From assembly GCA_945883955.1 (NCBI GenBank), contig CAMCYN010000001.1:1-58535 (forward strand): 58,535 nucleotides of DNA, written 5' to 3'. Made by a program: the position numbers and the translations under genes. The notes beneath the pieces were generated by a model. It was not told where the DNA came from, made no database searches, and saw nothing but the letters and a program-made list of their open reading frames with translations. This DNA comes from Akkermansia muciniphila. GTDB lineage: Bacteria; Verrucomicrobiota; Verrucomicrobiia; Chthoniobacterales; Chthoniobacteraceae. Shown one piece after another: positions 46,107-54,817 of the stretch (its first letter is position 1; each line of letters opens with the position of its first letter).

Positions 46107-47093
46107 TTAGCGGATCACATTCAAAGCTTTTCCGACCCGATCGCTGTCATAAGCGTGCACATTGGTGATCCGCATTTCCTCGAGCCCCGTCCTGGCCTCC
46201 ACGACCCCCTCGATTTGATCCACCAACTGATCCCGCGTCAGACGCCACACGACTTTTCCTTCACGGTCTATTTCAGCTAACAAATCACGCCCCTCCCCTG
46301 GCGCCTTCAAGTGGTAATCGCCACACGCCATCAGCAAATGCCCGTTCTCCAGTTCCTGCGTCCCCAGCAGATAACGACAGGTCAACCCCAGTTCTGAAGC
46401 ACTCCAGGAACGCTCCACCGTCCCGTTCGCCCTCAAGCGGATCAATTCGAGGCCCGTTGAAGTCGTTACCCACATCGCCCCATCCCGAAGCGGAGTCACC
46501 CCAAATGCTTTGCTTGCGCTCGGGGCAGATCGGAGCAACGGAACGAGATCAATGGACTGCAGGATTTTCCCACTGCCTTCCTCAACCTTCAGGAGCGTCT
46601 TCCGATCGTATTGCGCCACCCAAAATGCAGCCTCCCCAGCCACCGCCCGAATCGTCCGGTAACGACCATGCACACCCCCTTCTTCCAGTTCCGGAAGCGG
46701 CGTCTCACTCAGAACCGTTCCCGCGCGGTCAACGACCCGAATCTGGCTCACCCCGGAATCCATCAGCGCAAATCGCGCCCCCCCCTCCAACACCGCACAA
46801 CTGTTCGCCTCGGCCCCTTTCGCCCCTCCCCTCGCCGCATGCGACACCACCAACCTCTTTTGGGCATCAAACACCGCCAGCCCGTTTTTATGCGCATACG
46901 CAATACCTCCATCCGGAAGCCGCCAAGCCTCGTAGATCCCGGAATGCCCCTGCCTGGTGATCCTATCGGTCACCTGCCCCTCCCGATTCACCTCCAACAC
47001 CTGATTGTCCGCAGCCAAAAGGAAACGCGGCTCCGCACTCGCATCACACAGCCCAAAGGCGGCCAAAAACCAGACCCCAAAAACCGCTCTCAT
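46107..47093 (-). CDS. Secreted beta-propeller-like protein (family uncertain)
   Basis: Signal peptide MRAVFGVWFLAAFGLCDASA (start corrected to 47093), followed by a repetitive beta-strand-rich sequence. Confidence 0.5.
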   Translation of the reverse strand: MRAVFGVWFLAAFGLCDASAEPRFLLAADNQVLEVNREGQVTDRITRQGHSGIYEAWRLPDGGIAYAHKNGLAVFDAQKRLVVSHAARGGAKGAEANSCAVLEGGARFALMDSGVSQIRVVDRAGTVLSETPLPELEEGGVHGRYRTIRAVAGEAAFWVAQYDRKTLLKVEEGSGKILQSIDLVPLLRSAPSASKAFGVTPLRDGAMWVTTSTGLELIRLRANGTVERSWSASELGLTCRYLLGTQELENGHLLMACGDYHLKAPGEGRDLLAEIDREGKVVWRLTRDQLVDQIEGVVEARTGLEEMRITNVHAYDSDRVGKALNVIR

Positions 47094-47763
47094 CCATCGG
47101 ATGGATCTCTCGCCCCGGCAAAACAACCGCCCGACAGCTTCGCCCTCGTCCAGAGGGGGGCGAAAGCCGTTGGGTGCCCACTGAGGGCGCCCCACATTCC
47201 CGACACCACCGAAATTCTGCGTGGGATTCCGCTTCATGCAGATAATCTATATCTGCACGCTGGTGGCATGTATAGACTTTTCTACGCGGGCGGGCGCTTG
47301 TCCGCCCCCCTGCGGGTTGTCTGTTTTATGGTTTTAAGCAGCCCACCGCTCTGTGGGTTCATCGCCGATGCTGCCGTACAGCTGCTCAGTTTGTTCCAGA
47401 GCGTGTTGTCGATATTGGCTGCGGCGCAGCCGACGGCTCATCGCTTAAAGCAAAGCCAGCCCCCCCAGGTCATTGTCTGGTTGCGCCGTGGGAATACCAG
47501 CCGTCGGGCGTTGCACAAATGGTACGAGCTTTTGGTCCCTCAAATTGCCCACCTGATCGACGAAAGGGCGACGCTATCAAGAGCCTCTTCGATGAAGTGA
47601 AGAGGCAAGAGGGAGCTGAAACCGCCCAGCCAGGATACCCGGCCCGGTCAGATCCGCATCCAGCTATTCCCTGCGCAAAGTATATCCAGCGAGCTGGATC
47701 TGCACCTTTCCCAACTGGCCAGTGCTGGTGCTCGAAAGAAGCTTGTAACGATCCGACGCCGAA

Positions 47764-50700
47764 TTACGGCGTCAGGGTAAACGCCCCCAACTGCGTCCCG
47801 CCAAACCCCAACCCGGATATCTCGCCGACCTGCGTCTGCAACGTCACCCCTTCCAGCTTCAGCGTCTGCCCACTGACCGGGTCCACCAGACTGCCGCTCA
47901 CCAGCCCCGTCTGACGATTCAGCTGCAAATTGAGCTGCTCGGGATTCTCCCCCGTCACCGCCAGTATATGAGTCGCACTCAAACTGAATTCCTTGGTCAG
48001 GAAACTCCCATCCGCCCGGGTAAAGGTGAAGTTCAAGACCCCGTTCGACTCACTCAAGACACGGCCTACCTTCGGCAGGGAGTACGGCGATACGGCCATC
48101 GTTACATTCCCCAGAAAGCCCGCTGCGAAAAACCCATCGGTCTGGGTCGGCTTTTGCCACTGGATACTCGCGATCGCGTCGGGATTGCCGTTGTTCGCTG
48201 GAATCAACCCCGTCAGGCATCCAGGTTTTCCGCCGCTCGTGGCATATAACCGGTTGTACCAGGGGACTGTTCCATCCGGACTCAGCATCGCCGACATACT
48301 AAACGGCGTGGCATCCAGCAACCGGCCGCTCGCCGTCACAATCCCACCCGCACTCACCACAAAACTTCCCGGCCCAAGCAGCCCTGACGGGTTGTTCACA
48401 TTCGGAGTCATGTACCGTGCCTCCGTCCCGATCAGCACGGAATACCGCCCAGCCTGTGGGGCCTTGTTTGTTGTCGTATTAAAACCAAACCGCGGAATGT
48501 ACCCGTAACTCAGCGTGTCCGACTCCAGTACGCCAGCCACAAGGACGCCATTCTCGTCAAATTTTAAGCCCCACGTAATCGGCACTAGCCCGTCCCCGCG
48601 TGTGAAATCTCTGCGCCCAGCCCGCTCTCCATCCAAAGCGCCGGCTAAAACGTAAACACTCCCTAAATACTCCAGCCGACCCGAAAAACTCCCGGTTGCG
48701 GTCAGTGTCACTGTGACCCGTCCCGCCCGCTGTTTGGCGTCATCCATGAGGAGCCCTTGATACGTCCCCACCAGCGAGGAGACATCCTGAACCTGAACAT
48801 TCGCCGCCTCACTCAGAATGGTTAACCCGGTCGCGTCCGTAATCTTCACGGTGTACCGGCCCGATTGCGCCACGCTGACTCCACTCAACACCAGCTTGGC
48901 ACTCCGCCCACCCCGCAGCGGCACCCCATCCAACAACCACTGGTAAGTCAGTGGCGCGATACCCTCCGCGGTATTCACAGAGAGAGTCACCTTCGTTCTC
49001 GCCAGAAAACGTCCCCCCACCGGTTGGGATGTAATCCGCATGTACGAGACCGAATATTGGCCGGAATCGGGTGACCAGTTCCCAAAGTACGTTAACAAGG
49101 TTCTTGGAATAATCACCACGGCCGCTTCCTCGCTAGTCACACCAAGGGTTCCCGCAGTGACGTACACCGAATAACGGCCCCCATCCTGCGTGGACACGTA
49201 TGCCGAATAAGTCGCCCCGGTCGCTCCGCTAATCTCGAGCCCGTCCTTGAGCCACTGGTAGCTGAGCGAAGTCCCCGCAGGAGCCATCGCGCTCACGCTC
49301 AATTCCAGGACTCCACCGGAAGCGACCACCTTCCCGACCGGTTGCCGTACGATCACCGGAGGCACTTCGGCTCCCGCCTCCACACTCGTATTCACCCGGA
49401 CCATCGCTCCGACGCTGCTCACACTCCCGGCCGAATTGGTCACGACCACGTCGTACGTCGCCGAATCCGAGGTTCGCACAGCCGCCACCTCAAAGGTGCG
49501 GCGGGTCGCGCCGCCGATTTTGGCGCCGTTTTTGCGCCACTGGTAAGTCGCCGTCTCTGTGCTTGTGACATTCACGCTCAACTCCAAACGGCTCCCCGTC
49601 CGTAATACCGTCCCTTGCGGTTGATCCACAAACACAGGAAGCACGGCCACCGTCAGTCTCGCCGCATCGCTCACCACCTCTCCGCCTGAATTGCGCACCG
49701 AGACCGTATAAGTCCCCGCATTTGCCACCGTCGCCTTTTCAATCCGGTACGCCGCCAGTGTCCCGCCCTCCAAAAGCGCCCCATCCTTAAACCACTGAAA
49801 AGCGAGCGGCCCTTTACCTGTGACCTTCACGGAAAGACTCACATTTCCACCGACCGTAACCTTGGCTGCGAGCGGTTGGTGGGTGATTTGGGCCGGAAGT
49901 GTGCCCTCAATCAGGTCGCTCTGCGCGATCTGGCCACCCCCAGCCACCACCAGGAAGGTGTCCTTAAAAAAGGCCATATCGTTGCAATTTAGGGCCAAAT
50001 CCACCCCTTTTCCAAAAGCGACTCCGGTCGGCAACGACTGGACACTCCAGCTTCCCTGGATAGGAGGGGTAAACCCAAACGTTTTGCCATTGTCCGTAGA
50101 ACTCGCAAAGAGTGAGCGGGTCGGATTGCCCGCCGCATCCACCCCGACGTTTGCGCCGGAGATCACGAAACGCCCATTCAGGAAAGCGACCCGGTGGAAG
50201 GGCTGACTCGCATCCAGGCGCGCTTCCGTGGAGCGATCCGTCCAGGTAATGGCATCGGACGAGGTGAAGAGCTTCGCCTGAAAAGTGGTCTCGGGCGCCG
50301 CGAACTCCGCAGGGGCCTGCGAAGCGGCGAGGGGCGCGGAACCAGCCGATTTGAAAGAATCAGCGGTGAGTGTGATTTCCCCCGTGTACGTGACCCCATC
50401 CACAAAGGTCACTGGAGCGTTATTGCCAAAATGAAGCGTCGTGCCTTTGACGATAACCAGTCTCGCACCCTCCCTCAAATGGAGGGAGCCCGCCGTAAGA
50501 ACTACGGTTCCTTGCAGGATAAGAGTTTGGCCTGCTGGAACTGTTAACGTGCTTATTGAGATATGACCCGCACCTGGGGTTCCAATTGTGAGGGTGCCTG
50601 CAGAGAGTAATTGCGTAACCACACCCGCCCCACTGCTCACGGTGGAGCCCAGCGAGGAGGATCCCGTGCTGGAGCCCGTGCCTCCACTCACTGTAAAAAG

Positions 50701-51861
50701 AGGCCCGGTCAGCGCTGAGTCCACCAGAGTCCCGGAACTGTTTCCGCCGCCCAAAATTACCGTCACCCCACCGCCAGTCAGACTTAGCGTACCAGCACTG
50801 ATCGTTGAGGAGCCTGTAGATGTATTGCTTCCCGCCAGTGTGAGCAATCCCGCTCCAGTTAAACTTCCGCCACTCATGTTCCCGCTGACGCCAACAGCAC
50901 CACCGAAAACCTGGTTATTCCCCCCACCGAGAGTCAGCGTAGCCCCACTGCTCACCGTGGAGCCCAGCGTAACCGATGCCCCCGTCGGCCCCCCAGAACC
51001 TGCCGGGGATCCCGACGCGTCCACCGTACTTGTGAGCACAAACGTCCCGTTTCCGTACGCCACTCCGCCGTACACCACTCCCTCCTTCGGTCTCGTATCC
51101 GGTGCCGGAGCGGCCGTCCAGTTCACCCCGTCCGTCGAACGCAAAAGCGTGCCCTGATCGCCCACGGCCAGAGTCAAAGCCCCGCTGCTCGCCACCGCGT
51201 ACAAACGCCCGTCGCCTCTGTGGCACTGAACCCAATTCACGCCATCCGTAGACCTGTAAATCACGCCAAAGGTCTCTCCACACCCCACCGTGAGGAAGCT
51301 CCGGCCATCCCAAAGCACCGCTTTTAAATGACAACTCTCGCTGGGAACCGGCAAAGACCGCACAGTCCAAGTCACTCCATCCGTGGAGGTCGTGATCGCT
51401 CCATTCGCTCCGACGGCTACTGCCAGCGAACCGTTGCTAGCCACTGCATTCAAATTCTCCACCGTTCCGCTGTTCCGGTTGTTGAAATGTTCGGTGAACC
51501 CCACCGTCCGACGACTCGTGACGACTCCCCCCCGCCCGTCCCTGACCGTCACGCTCACCGCAAAACTCCCCCCAACAGTCCACTGGTGAGTGAAAGTCTT
51601 CCCGCCAGCAACAACCGTCCCATCTCCCGCATCCCAGATGTAAGACAGCGTATCTCCATCGGGATCCGTCGCCTCGACAGAGAGCGAAACATCGCTCCGG
51701 GGCGAAATAACGGCAGGAAGCAAAATCTCACCGACCACCGGAGCCCGATTGGCTGCCTGAACGGCCCGCCCGATCTCGCCGCTCAGGCCCGAAAACAGGC
51801 AAACAAGCACCGCTGCTTTGAGGAACAGAGAGGCGCGCAAAATTGAAAAAATGGAGTACAT
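47764..51861 (-). CDS. ~1365-aa mosaic surface protein: PKD domain, Asp-box (BNR-like) repeats, autotransporter-associated beta-strand repeats, about five Ig-like (I-set) domains, unknown C-domain
   Basis: PKD segment (VEATDPDGDTLSYIWDAGDG..VSVTVRDGRGG). Asp-boxes (STDGVTWTV, STDGVNWVQ, STDGVNWTA, SSDAITWTD, STDNGKTF). Gly/Ser/Thr-rich ..AGTLSLTGGG.. repeats. Ig repeats of the type YQWxKDG..I.GAT..TY....V...D.G.Y.V.V.N. The likely start is MYSIFSIL at 51861. Confidence 0.75.
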   Translation of the reverse strand: MYSIFSILRASLFLKAAVLVCLFSGLSGEIGRAVQAANRAPVVGEILLPAVISPRSDVSLSVEATDPDGDTLSYIWDAGDGTVVAGGKTFTHQWTVGGSFAVSVTVRDGRGGVVTSRRTVGFTEHFNNRNSGTVENLNAVASNGSLAVAVGANGAITTSTDGVTWTVRSLPVPSESCHLKAVLWDGRSFLTVGCGETFGVIYRSTDGVNWVQCHRGDGRLYAVASSGALTLAVGDQGTLLRSTDGVNWTAAPAPDTRPKEGVVYGGVAYGNGTFVLTSTVDASGSPAGSGGPTGASVTLGSTVSSGATLTLGGGNNQVFGGAVGVSGNMSGGSLTGAGLLTLAGSNTSTGSSTISAGTLSLTGGGVTVILGGGNSSGTLVDSALTGPLFTVSGGTGSSTGSSSLGSTVSSGAGVVTQLLSAGTLTIGTPGAGHISISTLTVPAGQTLILQGTVVLTAGSLHLREGARLVIVKGTTLHFGNNAPVTFVDGVTYTGEITLTADSFKSAGSAPLAASQAPAEFAAPETTFQAKLFTSSDAITWTDRSTEARLDASQPFHRVAFLNGRFVISGANVGVDAAGNPTRSLFASSTDNGKTFGFTPPIQGSWSVQSLPTGVAFGKGVDLALNCNDMAFFKDTFLVVAGGGQIAQSDLIEGTLPAQITHQPLAAKVTVGGNVSLSVKVTGKGPLAFQWFKDGALLEGGTLAAYRIEKATVANAGTYTVSVRNSGGEVVSDAARLTVAVLPVFVDQPQGTVLRTGSRLELSVNVTSTETATYQWRKNGAKIGGATRRTFEVAAVRTSDSATYDVVVTNSAGSVSSVGAMVRVNTSVEAGAEVPPVIVRQPVGKVVASGGVLELSVSAMAPAGTSLSYQWLKDGLEISGATGATYSAYVSTQDGGRYSVYVTAGTLGVTSEEAAVVIIPRTLLTYFGNWSPDSGQYSVSYMRITSQPVGGRFLARTKVTLSVNTAEGIAPLTYQWLLDGVPLRGGRSAKLVLSGVSVAQSGRYTVKITDATGLTILSEAANVQVQDVSSLVGTYQGLLMDDAKQRAGRVTVTLTATGSFSGRLEYLGSVYVLAGALDGERAGRRDFTRGDGLVPITWGLKFDENGVLVAGVLESDTLSYGYIPRFGFNTTTNKAPQAGRYSVLIGTEARYMTPNVNNPSGLLGPGSFVVSAGGIVTASGRLLDATPFSMSAMLSPDGTVPWYNRLYATSGGKPGCLTGLIPANNGNPDAIASIQWQKPTQTDGFFAAGFLGNVTMAVSPYSLPKVGRVLSESNGVLNFTFTRADGSFLTKEFSLSATHILAVTGENPEQLNLQLNRQTGLVSGSLVDPVSGQTLKLEGVTLQTQVGEISGLGFGGTQLGAFTLTP

Positions 51862-52084
51862 CGTAAAAAGCCGTTTTTTGTACGTAGAGAAAGCGGGATA
51901 TAAGCCCACAACGGCCGTTCCAGGGCAACTCCACTCTTGTCACAATCATCGGGAATCGGGAGCAGGCGCCCGTCTTCACACGACGCCTTGCGCTCTCGGT
52001 TCCCTCGCTGTCCCCGACCGCTTTCGCGAAAGTGCCCCCTCCCCCCGTCTGGGCAGGGCCAGCTTGGTCTTGAGGCTTTTTGGA

Positions 52085-53323
52085 ATGCGCCTCAGCTTTT
52101 CCCCTATGAAAGCCTTTGGTCTGGTAGCCGTTTTGCTGGTGGCCCCGCTGGGTAACTCTGCACGGGGAGATCTATTTGATCAGACCTACCTCAAGCTCAA
52201 GTCGGGCCGGACGTATAAAAAGCAGCCCACGGGTCGCGTCGAGATGCCCACCAAAGACGGGTCCGTCACCTTGGATAATGTCGTCGAAGTGCCCAAAAAC
52301 TATAATCCCGCCAAACCGATGGCTCTGCGCGTGAATCTGCACGGAGGCGTCGGGCGTAAATCGCCGGAGGCGGGCGGACAGGCCGCGCGTCCGCTCGGGA
52401 ATGGGACTCCGTTGGAGCACGAGATTGTGATTTTACCCCGCGCCTGGGGGGATTCCCCGTGGTGGAGTGTGAAGCAGATCGACAACGTTCTCGGTCTCCT
52501 GAACCGCGTTAAACAGGATTACAATATCGATGAGTCCCGGGTTTATATCAGCGGCGGTTCGGATGGTGGCACGGGCTCGTATTTCTTTGGGATGCGTGAG
52601 GCAACCCCCTGGGCAGCCTTTGTTCCTTTGATCGGCCAGCCTTTGGTCCTGGCCGACCCGCGCACCAAAGTGGAGGGACAACTCTACGCAGGGAACCTCG
52701 TTAATTGTCCGATCTATGCCGTCAACGGGGGACGGGATCCGCTTTATCCCTCGGTCACCTTGGAACCCATCATGTCGATGTTTCGGCGGGGTGGCGTGAA
52801 TCTGGTTTGGCAGGTCTATCCGGCGGGCGAACACAACACGAGCTGGTGGCCGGAGGAACGTCCCAAAGTGGAGAAGTTTCTCCACGAACACCGCCGGGTG
52901 GCTCATCCCGAAATGGTTTCCTGGGAAACCGAACGCACGGACCGCTACAACCGGTTTCGCTGGCTGGTGATTGATCAGTTGGGCAAACGGCCCTCGGACA
53001 TCTGGATGGAGGATCTCAACACCACACCGCAGACCTCCGGGAATGATCTGGAGGTGTTTCCCCGGGGTAAACCCTCGGGCCGGGTTTTTGCGGTCCGGAA
53101 GGGGAACACGTTTGAGGTGAAGACGAGGGGGGTGGAGCAGTTCACGTTGCTGCTGTCGCCGGAAGTCGTGAACTTTGCCAAGCCCGTGGAAGTTCATGTC
53201 AATGGACGTCCGGTTTACGCCGGGATGGTTGGCAAAGACCTGAATGTCCTCACGAAATGGGCCGCCACGGATAATGACCGCACCATGCTGTACGGCGCGG
53301 AACTGAAGCTCACCGTACCTTGA
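52085..53323 (+). CDS. Secreted alpha/beta hydrolase (esterase/peptidase-like)
   Basis: Signal peptide MKAFGLVAVLLVAPLGNSARG and nucleophile elbow VYISGGSDGGTGS (GxSxG). The start is corrected to ATG 52085. Confidence 0.65.
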   Translation: MRLSFSPMKAFGLVAVLLVAPLGNSARGDLFDQTYLKLKSGRTYKKQPTGRVEMPTKDGSVTLDNVVEVPKNYNPAKPMALRVNLHGGVGRKSPEAGGQAARPLGNGTPLEHEIVILPRAWGDSPWWSVKQIDNVLGLLNRVKQDYNIDESRVYISGGSDGGTGSYFFGMREATPWAAFVPLIGQPLVLADPRTKVEGQLYAGNLVNCPIYAVNGGRDPLYPSVTLEPIMSMFRRGGVNLVWQVYPAGEHNTSWWPEERPKVEKFLHEHRRVAHPEMVSWETERTDRYNRFRWLVIDQLGKRPSDIWMEDLNTTPQTSGNDLEVFPRGKPSGRVFAVRKGNTFEVKTRGVEQFTLLLSPEVVNFAKPVEVHVNGRPVYAGMVGKDLNVLTKWAATDNDRTMLYGAELKLTVP

Positions 53324-53352
53324 GGCGGCTGACGCCTCCGCGCGCCGCCGCC

Positions 53353-53859
53353 TTAGCTCATCTCCAGCCCGCGCATCGTCGAGGTGCTGGTCACGAATTT
53401 TTCGATAGGCATTCCCATGCGTTGCAGTATCGAGACGAACAGATTCGGCAGCGGATAATTGTCCTTCCGGTCAAACGCCAGATGTTGTCCGTGTTTGAAC
53501 CCGCCTCCGGCCAATACCACGGGCATATAGTGGGTTTCGAGTTGGTTGGCGGAAACCTGCTGGCCTTTGGCGACTGTGGTGAATCCGTCGTTTAGCGGAT
53601 ATTCGGGCAGGTTGGCCTGGAACGGCATATCGATGTGCCGCAGCTCCTGCACGCTGCGTTCAAATTGCGACCGGGTAAGGCGACGGGTCTGGACACGGCC
53701 TGTCGCCGCCTCGCGCTTCTTGTCGGCCGTTTTGACGGCGCCTTTTAAGGACGCCAGAAACCGTTGTCTCTCGCCGGGCTCGGGCTGGGTCTTTTGCTTT
53801 GGGGGAGAGCTCGCGCTGTCACGGGTAGATTTGCCCTGAAAAGTCGCCACCGGAGCCAC
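53353..53859 (-). pseudogene. Deletion-collapsed relic fusing the N-region of a DUF1592-family gene to the last ~55 codons of a DUF1552 gene
   Basis: [51 protein letters not shown] parallels PPKKTELPEGERADMLRVLGGAI..RRLNREEYQNNLRDLL..MSRVQLTAHL of 43365..45923. Then [43 protein letters not shown] parallels the C-terminus of 42039..43352. No ATG, cytochrome motif or signal peptide lies upstream. Confidence 0.7.
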
Positions 53860-54370
53860 TCGCGGGGCAAAGCTCCTGGGCGGGCCAAAGACAGCAGGGG
53901 ATCAGCGCAACGCGCTACATAACGTGTTGGAAATACAAATTTTGGGCAACAATCGGCCTTGCCGATTTTTAGGGCCAATCAAGGTGCTTTCGGTGGGGTG
54001 TCCCAAGCTCGTGGGCTTAAGGAAAGTTTCCCTTGCGGTGGAGGTGTGATTCCGGCTCGTGGATCGGTTCCCGTGGCGAGGTAGCTGGGGGGGCGCGGGA
54101 CTTTCTGTATTCAGCGAGGAGAGGGGCGCCGTGTTGTGTGGGCTTCGGTGAGATTGCTACGTCTGCAGGCGGTCCCAGATCCGTAGTGGTTGGTATGGGC
54201 CGGGAGCGATTTACGGGGGAGAACCAATGGGCGCGAGCACTTCAAAGTGGCGACGCGCAGGAGGTGCAGGAGGCGCAGGAGGCGAGGAAAGGAGGAGGGG
54301 CGAGCACGTGCCTCGGGGGCGAGTGCTTCCCTCGCATAAAAGTCTGGTAAAACTATGCGTCTACGGCGGC

Positions 54371-54817
54371 ATGAACCCCATCAACCCGAAGTTGCGGCAA
54401 ATAGCGGAGGCTATAGTGGCCAGCGAGGTACAACCAGGGGCCCACGCTGATTTGTATATAAGCTCTTGCCTCGATATATTTAAAAAAATCCAGGCACAGA
54501 TGGCTAGCCTTATGGGGGGGCTTGGGTTTAACGCCGTAATTTCGCGCGCCTTACTTCTCGCACAGCATGATTCGGCTTGGCTTCAGTTCTTAAAAACAAA
54601 CCCAGATGGATCCTTGGAGTACGCCGGGGATGCCGAAAGCAAATGGGAAAACACCAGTGTTAAAGCGGGTGCCGTCGCTTTACTCTCTGAAAGCAGTGTA
54701 AGGGCGGGGGCTGTCGCGTTACTCACCGAATTACTGGAGTTACTCGCCGCTTTTATAGGGGAGACTTTAACCTTGCACTTATTAGGTGAAATATGGCCAG
54801 CACTTCAACAGGAGTAA
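54371..54817 (+). CDS. Hypothetical 148-aa protein, first gene of the KaiC-like module
   Basis: ORF from ATG 54371; the track ORF from 54227 adds a Gly/Arg-rich, probably non-coding extension. It contains an internal 13-codon tandem duplication. No family recognised. Confidence 0.5.
   Translation: MNPINPKLRQIAEAIVASEVQPGAHADLYISSCLDIFKKIQAQMASLMGGLGFNAVISRALLLAQHDSAWLQFLKTNPDGSLEYAGDAESKWENTSVKAGAVALLSESSVRAGAVALLTELLELLAAFIGETLTLHLLGEIWPALQQE

Noticed and set aside
47238-47763. A 525-nt gap between two minus-strand genes, inspected in all six frames for a decayed gene or small RNA.
   Set aside because: Only short unrelated frame fragments are present (for example ..IRIQLFPAQSISSELDLHLSQLASAGARKKLVTIRRR). 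There is no recognisable family, repeat or strong structure. It is left unannotated.
54371-54817. Could the 148-aa protein upstream of the KaiC-like gene be KaiB?
   Set aside because: It has no similarity to the thioredoxin-like KaiB sequence as I remember it. It is longer and looks all-helical. It is kept as an orphan.
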